IMG/VR virus record: IMGVR_UViG_3300034170_000057
Direction: 5' to 3' (one strand)
DNA length: 64,000 nucleotides
DNA from: a virus
Lineage: Duplodnaviria > Caudoviricetes
Part shown: piece by piece, positions 46,331 to 54,598 of the stretch
How the letters are laid out: every line of letters begins with the position of its first letter
Numbering within the stretch: the stretch's first letter is position 1
The notes under the pieces: generated by a model
Databases searched by the model: none
The model's input: only the letters and a program-made list of their open reading frames with translations
Told to the model about the DNA's origin: nothing
Position numbers and translations under genes: made by a program

Positions 46331-47370
46331 GCTGTGTAAACATCGTTACCAAAGGGCTAGAACGTCAGCTAGAAAAGCGCGCTGGCCTGATCAAGCAACT
46401 GCTGGAAATCGGTTTCATTAACAAACCAAGTCCTGACCGTTTCCGCTGGAACCACGTCGAACTTATTCTGCTGGATTTCGATGGCCGTTGCCGCCTAACG
46501 GCAGGCTTGGATGACTCGGTTAATTTCTCTGCCCGGATCAAAGACGAAACGATCCTGAAAAAGATCATGGTCTACGTCGATAAAACCAAAGCCGATCAGA
46601 AAATGTTCGACGACCTTTGCATGGACGTGCAGCACAAGCTGGAAGAAATCGGTATCTACGTCGTGCAACAGGTCAAGACGCCCAAACGTCCGTCGCGCAT
46701 GCGCCACAAGATTGCCGTTCGTGATCCGTGGGCGTCCAACTTTGCAATGAAAATCAACGGCGACCGTTTGTTCCGTCTGAGCTTCGACGATCACGGTGAG
46801 TTTCCGGACGAAGGGCGTATCGAACTCGATTACCGCAACGATTACGTCGAGGTAAAAACAGCTGACGACGTGATCAAAGTTTTGCAGGAAACATTGCCAG
46901 ATGTTCGCGTTGTTGCCACGCTGAACAAGAATGCGATTTGCTCTTTCAGTTCGTACCGTATGTTCCTGCCGTACATTTTCAAATACGGCATTACCAGCAT
47001 CAAAAGCGTGTCGTGCGATGTTGTGCAAACCACGGCTGATCCGGTGGCGAGCCGTCTGGTTGAAGCCGAGAAAGTCACCCGTGAATATTTCCGGATCAAC
47101 CTGCGCAACAAAATGACGCTGGAAGATCAGGCGGCGTTGGGATCGGTTGGGCGTGCAAAAACACAGCCTGAAATTGTTGGGTACACAACGGTAAAAGAAC
47201 TGGCGATATTCCTGTCGATCAAACCGGCTGCTATCGTCAAACACATGTTCAAACTTGGCACACCCGTGACGCTCAATCATGTACTTGAGAAAGAAACAGC
47301 GCAGGAAATTGCAGGAAGTTTCGGTCGCGGCACGCTGCCCGAGGAAATCAACACAGGGGCCGCACAGTGA
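46327..47370 (+). CDS. paralog-family protein with C-terminal IF2 N-domain (IF2_N)
   Basis: [47 protein letters not shown] matches the recalled IF2_N repeat. Confidence 0.75.
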   Translation: MSCVNIVTKGLERQLEKRAGLIKQLLEIGFINKPSPDRFRWNHVELILLDFDGRCRLTAGLDDSVNFSARIKDETILKKIMVYVDKTKADQKMFDDLCMDVQHKLEEIGIYVVQQVKTPKRPSRMRHKIAVRDPWASNFAMKINGDRLFRLSFDDHGEFPDEGRIELDYRNDYVEVKTADDVIKVLQETLPDVRVVATLNKNAICSFSSYRMFLPYIFKYGITSIKSVSCDVVQTTADPVASRLVEAEKVTREYFRINLRNKMTLEDQAALGSVGRAKTQPEIVGYTTVKELAIFLSIKPAAIVKHMFKLGTPVTLNHVLEKETAQEIAGSFGRGTLPEEINTGAAQ

Positions 47371-48056
47371 GCAATAAAAAACCGTACAGCAGCCGTACCG
47401 CCGATAAATTCGTCCTGCGCCTTCTCGACGATATGCGCCAGCAAATCAAAGCAATTTCCGAAGCCTCGCACCGCAGCATGAATAGCGAAATGATCGCGTG
47501 GTTAGAAACCATGCTGGAAATTCACGCGGAAACCGGCGTCATTCCTACGCTTGCGGATATGCGTAGCGGCGCCGAAATGGAAGCACAAAACCGACTGATG
47601 CGTGCGATATTCCAGCGTCTGTTGGAAGCTGGCAGCTGGCACATGAGCGCCGTGGAATTCGATTCGCATGATCACCATGTGGACGGCGTGCAATTCGAAA
47701 AAGAAATCAAAGAAGTTCTGGCGCAGGCGGTGCCTAAAATCCGTAATGTTGTGCAGCAAGTGGAACCGCATACGCTTGAAGTTTCTGAACCTTACAGCGT
47801 TCCGTTCGATAAACTGGAAGCGTTGGTTAAGTCGTTGCCGAAACCCTACGGCCCGGATCTTTTGCCACCAGTGCCGCAATTTATTCCGCAAGAAGGCATG
47901 CCGGTTTTTGTCAGCAGTATCGGGCGTAACGGCGTTGTTCGTCATATCTGGATCGGTGGCGACAACAAGTGTCAAATAACTATGGCCCGTGTGGAAATGT
48001 TCGGCTGTGGTTGCGTAGAAGTTCCGGCCCATGATTTGTGTGCGCCGAAGCCATGA
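47367..48056 (+). CDS. AmrZ-like Arc/ribbon-helix-helix regulator with C-terminal extension
   Basis: [18 protein letters not shown]....[13 protein letters not shown]. Confidence 0.85.
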   Translation: MSNKKPYSSRTADKFVLRLLDDMRQQIKAISEASHRSMNSEMIAWLETMLEIHAETGVIPTLADMRSGAEMEAQNRLMRAIFQRLLEAGSWHMSAVEFDSHDHHVDGVQFEKEIKEVLAQAVPKIRNVVQQVEPHTLEVSEPYSVPFDKLEALVKSLPKPYGPDLLPPVPQFIPQEGMPVFVSSIGRNGVVRHIWIGGDNKCQITMARVEMFGCGCVEVPAHDLCAPKP

Positions 48057-48445
48057 CCAAGCACAAAGGGATTGATATTCCGCCGCACCAACAGGCAGTG
48101 ATCGACGATATGCTTCGAAAGGTATCCACGTCACGGAATGAAAAACATTTTCTGATCGTTCCCAATTACGTGATCAGCAAATACGACGGACAAGAGCATT
48201 TCATTAGCGAGCATAAGCTAATGAATCTGTACGGCGTTGAGCGGCGCGAATGCGTGGTAAGCAATGACCCGTGCGGGCGACGTGAAGAAGAGGGCCTGCT
48301 GTGGCTTGAGCCGTCCTATGAGGGCGATTACAGCCTGCCGGACGTGTGGGATGATCCATGCGGCCCGTACCAGCCTGACGACTCGCTGGTGCAGCTGTGG
48401 TTCATCCGTGCAATCCAACCAATTACAGGAATCTTTCCATGCTAG
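48053..48445 (+). CDS. hypothetical protein
   Basis: ATGA overlap. Confidence 0.65.
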   Translation: MTKHKGIDIPPHQQAVIDDMLRKVSTSRNEKHFLIVPNYVISKYDGQEHFISEHKLMNLYGVERRECVVSNDPCGRREEEGLLWLEPSYEGDYSLPDVWDDPCGPYQPDDSLVQLWFIRAIQPITGIFPC

Positions 48446-49350
48446 TCAAAGGTGAAATTGTTTGGGCCTTCAACGGAACCTATCGGGATACTTTGTGGGG
48501 CGTTGAACTGCCACCGTTCGACGGTTCTGAACTCGGCATCACCATGGATGCGATTGCAGGCGATGGCAAAGTTGTTCCTTTCCGGTACGCAGCCGGTGTG
48601 GATTATTTCATCGAAGACCACGGCATAAATCAGCCCTGCATGTCGTTCATTTTCAAACTGGGTGGCCCGGTTGAATTGCAGGATGCGCAACTGAAATTGA
48701 TCGGGGCTTTCACGAAAGCGTTGACCTACGACTGGGATAAATTCCACGTCGCTTATCGTGCGCTCGCCAATGAAGAATCACGCGCCGTTCGTACCCTCGT
48801 TTATCGTGTGTATGAAAACAACGGCGAATGCACGGAACATCCGGAAATGCTGTGCGGCCTGCCCTGCGGCCATTACCATTGCCCGGTGTGTTCGGAAATG
48901 GTTGTTGCGGGCCTGCCCCATCCGCCAAAAGAAGCCTATGCGAAAATGCTGGAAGAGGAACGCGCTGAATATTACGTGCAGACTGAAAAGAGCCTTAACT
49001 CATACGCAGAACTCGAACAAAACTGGGGCGGCGACGGTGAAGAAAAACCGATTGAAGCCAGTTTTAAAAATGCGGGCGAGTTCTTTGCCGCGATCAAAGA
49101 AAATCGTTTGCCTGCACCCGATGCGACACTCGATCATGAGGGCGTTGTTGCTTTGCTGTGGCCGGACAATCACGATCCGGATGACACGTATGTTTCGATG
49201 GCGTTTTATGCAGATGAAACCGTCGGGTATTGGAAACGTAACGCGGTTATCGAAGAGAGTGGAAGCGTCACTATCCCACGTGACGAAATTCACGAAGAAC
49301 GTCTGCTGCATTTCTTGCATACCCGTCTGCCGCAGCTGTCCGGGAAATAA
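48439..49350 (+). CDS. hypothetical protein with CGHYHCPVC metal-binding motif
   Basis: AGGA SD, ATG 48439. Confidence 0.7.
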   Translation: MLVKGEIVWAFNGTYRDTLWGVELPPFDGSELGITMDAIAGDGKVVPFRYAAGVDYFIEDHGINQPCMSFIFKLGGPVELQDAQLKLIGAFTKALTYDWDKFHVAYRALANEESRAVRTLVYRVYENNGECTEHPEMLCGLPCGHYHCPVCSEMVVAGLPHPPKEAYAKMLEEERAEYYVQTEKSLNSYAELEQNWGGDGEEKPIEASFKNAGEFFAAIKENRLPAPDATLDHEGVVALLWPDNHDPDDTYVSMAFYADETVGYWKRNAVIEESGSVTIPRDEIHEERLLHFLHTRLPQLSGK

Positions 49351-49358
49351 TGTAAATA
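49351..49358 (+). promoter_or_regulatory. TGTAAATA putative late-type promoter
   Basis: intergenic, right after a stop, followed by a GCGCC/GGCGC hairpin and an operon. Confidence 0.55.
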
Positions 49359-49415
49359 TCAAAGGTGGCGCCTTTTAACGGGCGCTTTCCTAAATCCATT
49401 AAGGAACCGAATGAA

Positions 49416-50078
49416 GTGAACAAAAAAGTCATTGCTTTGGCCGCTGTAAGTTTGGCCCTTCTCGCAGGTTGCGACGACCAGCCAGATTATGAAGAGCAAC
49501 AGGCATACGTGGACGAAGAGGCCGGTCAGGCTACGCGTACACAAATTGCTGAAGACGAAAAAGATTTGCAGGCCACCGTTAAGGAACTGCAATCGAAAGA
49601 TCCATCGGTAAAAGACGCTTATTACGGCGTCGGCCCGAACGGTGAAAAACAACTGCATATCGTGCGTGAAGAGGCGAACGGAAAAAGCAGTGATTCCATC
49701 TGGCCTATGGTGGGCGGTGCAGCCATGGGTGCCCTCGGTGGCTACGCGCTGGCAAAAATGATGAACCAGAACGGCGGTTATCAGAATTACCAGCAGCAAA
49801 ACCAGCCACTGCAAACCACGCAATGCAATGAACAAGATCGCCGCCGTTGCCGTAATGGTGGATCGTCGGCTTATGCCACGGCACTGATGAATAATAACCG
49901 TGGTGCTGTACGTGCAAATCCTGCGTATCAAACCAACATGAACAACCGTGTTTCACAATGGCGCCAGAGCCCAGCAAGTGCCCCGGCCTCGTATCAAACG
50001 GTAGCCAATAGCCGCGCCTCCGGTATCATGACGGGCGGTGGTGGGCGTACAGCTGCACACGGCGGTAACGGCGGTTAA
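49416..50078 (+). CDS. DUF1190/YgiB-like lipoprotein
   Basis: GTG start after AAGGA; lipobox LLAGC; IWPMVGGAAMGALGGYALAKMM; Gly/Asn/Gln-rich tail. Confidence 0.65.
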   Translation: MNKKVIALAAVSLALLAGCDDQPDYEEQQAYVDEEAGQATRTQIAEDEKDLQATVKELQSKDPSVKDAYYGVGPNGEKQLHIVREEANGKSSDSIWPMVGGAAMGALGGYALAKMMNQNGGYQNYQQQNQPLQTTQCNEQDRRRCRNGGSSAYATALMNNNRGAVRANPAYQTNMNNRVSQWRQSPASAPASYQTVANSRASGIMTGGGGRTAAHGGNGG

Positions 50079-50107
50079 TTCATTCGCATTTTTCAAGGAA
50101 GTTTTTC

Positions 50108-51475
50108 ATGCATTGCACGTATCACAATATCGGTTTCGACCTGAACAAAATGATGGTCGAAGAATTGCCGTGGACCCAAGCCTTCTACCGCGAAATGCCG
50201 AAACCTGAATCGACGGCTGACGCGGAATTCTACCAAGACGTGAAAGATTATTTCGCGTTCCCTCTCGAACACAGTGCCAACATGCCGGTCTACAATTTGC
50301 ACCTGAGTTCCTGTGCAAAAATCGAAACCGTTTTCGAATCCGCATACGCAATGCTGGTCGAAGCTGTGGGCAAGCTGTTCAACGAATCCAACGATACGCT
50401 GATGCACTATATGGGCTGCGATTTCCTGCGCAAGCACCCGTATTTCATCGACTACGCCAAGTTCACCTATCGCGACCATGGTTCGGCCCGCCAAGCAATC
50501 TACGGGCGCTTTGACGCTGCATTCGATCCTGTGACTGAGGAAGTTACGGGTATTTACGAATTCAACGGCGACACGCCTACCATGCTTTTCGAATCCGTAG
50601 CGTTGCAGAATCGCGTCTGTGAATCCGTGACGGGCGATGTTGAATTGCAGCTGAATAGTTTCTATCCGCTGCTGCAACAAATGTTCGAAGACATGGGCGA
50701 GATTCCGGGCACCGCTGCTGTGATCCATGACAGCAAATCCTTCGAGGATACCGCGACCTGCGAAGTGCTGGCGCAAATCATCGGTGAGCATAACGTCTGC
50801 CTGTTTACTGACGTTTCCGAAATCGACTACGACTTCAACAACAAAACCAATCCGTTCGCGGTTGGCGACGATAATCTCTCGGTTATTTTCGCATTGGTTC
50901 CGTGGGAAGAAATGGTCGAGGGTTTCCCGCAGGCGTACAAGGAATGGGCCAACTGGGCTAACCACGTCACAATGCTGGAACCGGCGTGGCGTTGGTTCAC
51001 CAGTAACAAAGGCATTTGGGCCTACATCACGCACCTAATGTTTACCAACGATGAATTCCACGCGAAATACGGCATGCTTCCCGTGCTGGAAACCTACGTG
51101 GATAACCCGTTAGTTTTCACGGGCAAAACCGGCTACGTTTCGAAACCGAAAGTCGGTCGCATGAGTACCAACATCGAAATCCACAAGGCCGATGGCACCG
51201 TGGAATTCGCGACCGATGGCCCGTACAAAGACGACAAGGTTTATCAGGTCTACACAGCGCCGCACAAAGTCGATGGCCGGAACAATTTCATTATCGGAAT
51301 GTTCATGGTTCCGGATATTGCATCCGATTACAATTCGCTGAAACAAGCGACGGCAGCTACGCTGTGCATTCGCGAATTCGACTCGCCTGTATTGGGCGTG
51401 AAGAACGAGCGATTTATTCCACACGTTCTGATCGACGATTTGCCGGAACCGGACGAAGAAAACTTCGAGGGCTAA
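50108..51475 (+). CDS. glutathionylspermidine synthase-like ATP-grasp ligase (YgiC/YjfC family)
   Basis: YGRFD, YEFNGDTPT, LEPAW...SNK, KPKVGRMSTNI. Confidence 0.85.
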   Translation: MHCTYHNIGFDLNKMMVEELPWTQAFYREMPKPESTADAEFYQDVKDYFAFPLEHSANMPVYNLHLSSCAKIETVFESAYAMLVEAVGKLFNESNDTLMHYMGCDFLRKHPYFIDYAKFTYRDHGSARQAIYGRFDAAFDPVTEEVTGIYEFNGDTPTMLFESVALQNRVCESVTGDVELQLNSFYPLLQQMFEDMGEIPGTAAVIHDSKSFEDTATCEVLAQIIGEHNVCLFTDVSEIDYDFNNKTNPFAVGDDNLSVIFALVPWEEMVEGFPQAYKEWANWANHVTMLEPAWRWFTSNKGIWAYITHLMFTNDEFHAKYGMLPVLETYVDNPLVFTGKTGYVSKPKVGRMSTNIEIHKADGTVEFATDGPYKDDKVYQVYTAPHKVDGRNNFIIGMFMVPDIASDYNSLKQATAATLCIREFDSPVLGVKNERFIPHVLIDDLPEPDEENFEG

Positions 51476-51478
51476 ACA

Positions 51479-51736
51479 ATGTTTATCGTTTATCTGATTC
51501 TGCTGTTGTGGCTCGCTTACGCCTGCTGGTTCAGCTACACCCTGACCCAAGAGCAAGTGGGTGACGAACGTTACTGGTATAACCCCATTGTGTTTTTCAT
51601 CGGTGGTGTTTTTGCGGCGGTCATGATCGTGACCGAGTTTATCGAGGAATGCATGGCCCATGCTGCACGCGCATTGAACAAACGCGCCCTGCGCCGCCGT
51701 GACGAAAAACGCGCAGCAAACCAAAAATCCGATTAA
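51479..51736 (+). CDS. two-TM membrane protein
   Basis: hydrophobic segments, basic tail. Confidence 0.65.
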   Translation: MFIVYLILLLWLAYACWFSYTLTQEQVGDERYWYNPIVFFIGGVFAAVMIVTEFIEECMAHAARALNKRALRRRDEKRAANQKSD

Positions 51737-51743
51737 CTGAAAC

Positions 51744-51769
51744 GGTGCCTGCCTTGATCGGTGGGCACC
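51744..51769 (+). terminator. intergenic hairpin (terminator or stabiliser)
   Basis: GGTGCCTGCC-TTGATC-GGTGGGCACC, 10 bp. Confidence 0.55.
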
Positions 51770-51790
51770 ATTATAATTAGGCAAGGGACA

Positions 51791-52000
51791 ATGAAATATT
51801 TAGTGCTGTTGATCGTTTTGGTTTTCTTGGTTTATGGCGTCCTGTACGCAATCAAAGACAAGCGCACCAACACGCCCATTCATGAAAATGCAGTGTTCGA
51901 TTTCGCCAGCGCTGTGCTGTGTGGTTTCTACATTCTGGCCTCCCACATCTACGATGGCGCGAAGACCATCTACAGGGATGCGCGTGAGGATTTGAAGTGA
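51791..52000 (+). CDS. small membrane protein
   Basis: AGGGACA leader; two hydrophobic segments. Confidence 0.65.
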   Translation: MKYLVLLIVLVFLVYGVLYAIKDKRTNTPIHENAVFDFASAVLCGFYILASHIYDGAKTIYRDAREDLK

Positions 52001-52257
52001 CGAAATATTTAATCGTTTTATTCGCACTGGTTCTGGCCGGATGCAGTAGCGAAACGCACCAAGAAAAATCAGCACGCGAAGCCAAACTGCATCGGCAAAC
52101 TTTGTGTGCCATGCACAGCCTGACCTATCTGTCCGAGTACCACGAAAAAAGCATCTGGCCTTCGCGCAGTCACCGCGTGGTTTACGGTTCGGTCTGCACC
52201 AATGCCCAAGGCCAGCGAATTATCATCAAAGACAATGGGAACCAATATGGAAGCTGA
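51997..52257 (+). CDS. lipoprotein
   Basis: lipobox VLAGC; GTGA overlap. Confidence 0.7.
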   Translation: MTKYLIVLFALVLAGCSSETHQEKSAREAKLHRQTLCAMHSLTYLSEYHEKSIWPSRSHRVVYGSVCTNAQGQRIIIKDNGNQYGS

Positions 52258-52561
52258 CAATATTCCGTTCCGTGTTTTCTCCCGCGTACCCGCACCGGGA
52301 ATCAAAGACAACGAACTTTTCATTCCCCAGTATTATACGGCTGGGCAGTGGACTTCGTGGTCGAAACCGGGCAAAGATAAAGTCGCATTTGCAACCGAGC
52401 GTGCAGCGCATCTTTACCTGATTGAATTTGTGAAAACTAAAGTCGATCAGACCAAGCGCCGTATCGAAATCCTGTCTGTCGAGGTTTCCGTACTGGAAAA
52501 AAGCCTTATCTCTCTCAACCGTGCCAGCATCGGCATCGTGGCAAGGAACCCGGAAAAATGA
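52247..52561 (+). CDS. hypothetical protein
   Basis: GGGA SD, ATG 52247. Confidence 0.65.
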   Translation: MEADNIPFRVFSRVPAPGIKDNELFIPQYYTAGQWTSWSKPGKDKVAFATERAAHLYLIEFVKTKVDQTKRRIEILSVEVSVLEKSLISLNRASIGIVARNPEK

Positions 52562-52896
52562 GCGAAGCATTCAAATACATCATGGTCGAAACCACCGATG
52601 AATCCGGTGACACTCACAATATTCCTGTGATGTTTCCGAAGTCGATCAACCACGACAAAATGTACGAAGCAACCCACGCGGCAATTCGCCGTTCGGGTAA
52701 CGGCCACCGTCCGGGCAAAGCTATCAGCGCCGGGTTTTGTGGCTACGGCCAAAACGGCAAAGTTTTCTGCCGTGGGTATTCCGAAACTCTGAAACTGGAA
52801 TCGCGGAAAGGAATCGACGAAGCCATTTTCCAACAGGTAAGCACCTACGGCCATACGCGGGTTGCCGCAGCGGTGAAACCAAATGCCGACGTTTAA
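52558..52896 (+). CDS. hypothetical protein (KY..SAGF..C.G.SE.L...SR family)
   Basis: ATGA overlap. Confidence 0.7.
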   Translation: MSEAFKYIMVETTDESGDTHNIPVMFPKSINHDKMYEATHAAIRRSGNGHRPGKAISAGFCGYGQNGKVFCRGYSETLKLESRKGIDEAIFQQVSTYGHTRVAAAVKPNADV

Positions 52897-53701
52897 TCCG
52901 GTCGAAGGCGAAATCCTTTTAGAAAAACTGCTGGCGGCTGGGTTCACCGGGATTGGCTTAGAGCGTTTCCGCCAGCACGTCGGCTGCACTGGCGTTGAAC
53001 TGCTGTCCAACGGCGTTAAGGTGACGATCCAAAAGCACTCACAAGGCCTGCGACACACCGTAGTTTACACGGGCACCCGTCTAGCAAAAGATGAACCCGT
53101 AGACGGCACGGAATCGCTTGCGGCATTCCTGATTGCGGCTGCTGCAAAAAATAAAGAATTGGATGCGCGAAGCCAGAAAGCAATCGACACCATTCTGAAT
53201 GTGTTCGGGGTTAACGGTACACAACTTGAGGTACGCACAAAAGATTTGAGCGGGCGGCAAGTGGCGCGATTCAGTGCAGGGCCGCATGATCTTTTCTATC
53301 TGGCGCACGCCGGTCGCGGGGCGGCTGTAACCAAAGGTCCGTTCCGTTTTGTTGCGTCGTACATGTACGATTCTGCTGATGAATGGGAAGAGAACGAAGG
53401 GCCTGAAAATTCGTTCTATTTCTCGGATACTGCGCAGTTGCTCGCGGGAATCAAGAACTTGTTTTCGCAGCCACCTGTGCCGCGTAAATACGAACGTGTT
53501 GGAAACGATATTGCTACGCTGGAAGAACCCGGCGCGTTTCTAGATATCATTTTCGAATACGGCCTTACGTGGGTTACGTCGAAAGAAGTTGATACTTTCC
53601 GCACCACAAGCTGCCCGACTACCAACCGTTTACTCGACGGTGACAATCAGACCATACGGCTGTACGCGCTAGGCTTCAAAGTGGCCCCCGCAAAACTGTA
53701 A
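52883..53701 (+). CDS. hypothetical protein, paralogous C-terminal domain family
   Basis: FLDIIFEYGL...TTSCPTTNRLLDG. Confidence 0.7.
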   Translation: MPTFNPVEGEILLEKLLAAGFTGIGLERFRQHVGCTGVELLSNGVKVTIQKHSQGLRHTVVYTGTRLAKDEPVDGTESLAAFLIAAAAKNKELDARSQKAIDTILNVFGVNGTQLEVRTKDLSGRQVARFSAGPHDLFYLAHAGRGAAVTKGPFRFVASYMYDSADEWEENEGPENSFYFSDTAQLLAGIKNLFSQPPVPRKYERVGNDIATLEEPGAFLDIIFEYGLTWVTSKEVDTFRTTSCPTTNRLLDGDNQTIRLYALGFKVAPAKL

Positions 53702-53760
53702 ATACACAGTGAGCAGTAATTTAGTAGGGATGGGGTTATTCCCCCGTTCCACTCACTAAC
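53695..53760 (+). promoter_or_regulatory. ACTGTAAATA motif plus structured leader
   Basis: GGGATGGGG/CCCCGTTCC stem; AGTGAG/CTCACT outer pairing. Confidence 0.55.
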
Positions 53761-53770
53761 AAGGGGCTGT

Positions 53771-54286
53771 ATGCAAATGCAGGTAGAACTCCAAATCGCA
53801 GTAGCCAAATCCAAAAAGCCGGTTAAAAAGAAAATGAAAGTCCGGGAACAATCGGGCTGCATTCCTTACCGGGATAAGGACGGTATTCGCCAAGTTCTTT
53901 TGGTCAAGAAATTGAAGAAAGATTCTTGGTGGGGATTTACCAAGGGCGGGCAGGAAAAGCATTTGGACGCACGTGCAAACGCGGCGAAAGAATGTTGGGA
54001 AGAGGCGGGAGTCTCCGGCACCGTTACCAAGAAAATCGGGAAGTTCGAATACGTCAAAGACGACATGAAACAAATCGTCAAAATGTACGCGATGGAATTC
54101 CACACACAGCTGGACGACTGGCAGGAAAAACACATGCGGAAACGGAAGTGGTTCACCCTTCCGGAAGCCCGCGACAAGCTGGGCCGTGAGCATCACAAGT
54201 TCCTCGACGAAATCAAAAAGCTGCCGAAGAAAGACAAAGAGGCAATCAAGAAATTGAAGCCTGCAAAAATCAAAAAAGTGGCATAA
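53771..54286 (+). CDS. Nudix hydrolase with Lys-rich termini
   Basis: WGFTKGGQEKHLDARANAAKECWEEAGVSG; WQEKHMRKRKWF. Confidence 0.85.
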   Translation: MQMQVELQIAVAKSKKPVKKKMKVREQSGCIPYRDKDGIRQVLLVKKLKKDSWWGFTKGGQEKHLDARANAAKECWEEAGVSGTVTKKIGKFEYVKDDMKQIVKMYAMEFHTQLDDWQEKHMRKRKWFTLPEARDKLGREHHKFLDEIKKLPKKDKEAIKKLKPAKIKKVA

Positions 54287-54291
54287 ACACA

Positions 54292-54315
54292 AGTGGCGTC
54301 CTCCGGGGCGCCATT
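54292..54315 (+). terminator. hairpin with cUCCGg loop
   Basis: AGTGGCGTCC-TCCG-GGGCGCCATT. Confidence 0.6.
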
Positions 54316-54337
54316 GCTCTTTGTGGGGTGTGAAAAT

Positions 54338-54598
54338 ATGGCAGATCCGAGGGAAGACCTTCAGAATATTTTCCGTATGAACATGGTTGATATTTGTGGC
54401 GGAACCTTAGACCGTGAGTTTAGCGGATGGATGCTTATCGTGTGCGGCGTAAATTTAGGTGTTATAAAGGTATGGGAAAACCCACATGAAGTGGAAGTGT
54501 CCGGGCACCTGTTTGAAGAAAATGAACGGCTTGCGGAAATAGTTACAAAACTATGCAAACCAAAATGCTGGCATCCAATGCTAAGGATCGTTAAATGA
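54338..54598 (+). CDS. hypothetical protein
   Basis: GGGG SD, ATG 54338. Confidence 0.6.
   Translation: MADPREDLQNIFRMNMVDICGGTLDREFSGWMLIVCGVNLGVIKVWENPHEVEVSGHLFEENERLAEIVTKLCKPKCWHPMLRIVK

Noticed and set aside
51772-51777. Perfect TATAAT -10 box
   Set aside because: No -35 at 16-18 nt (TTGATC is 12 nt away) and no TGn extension
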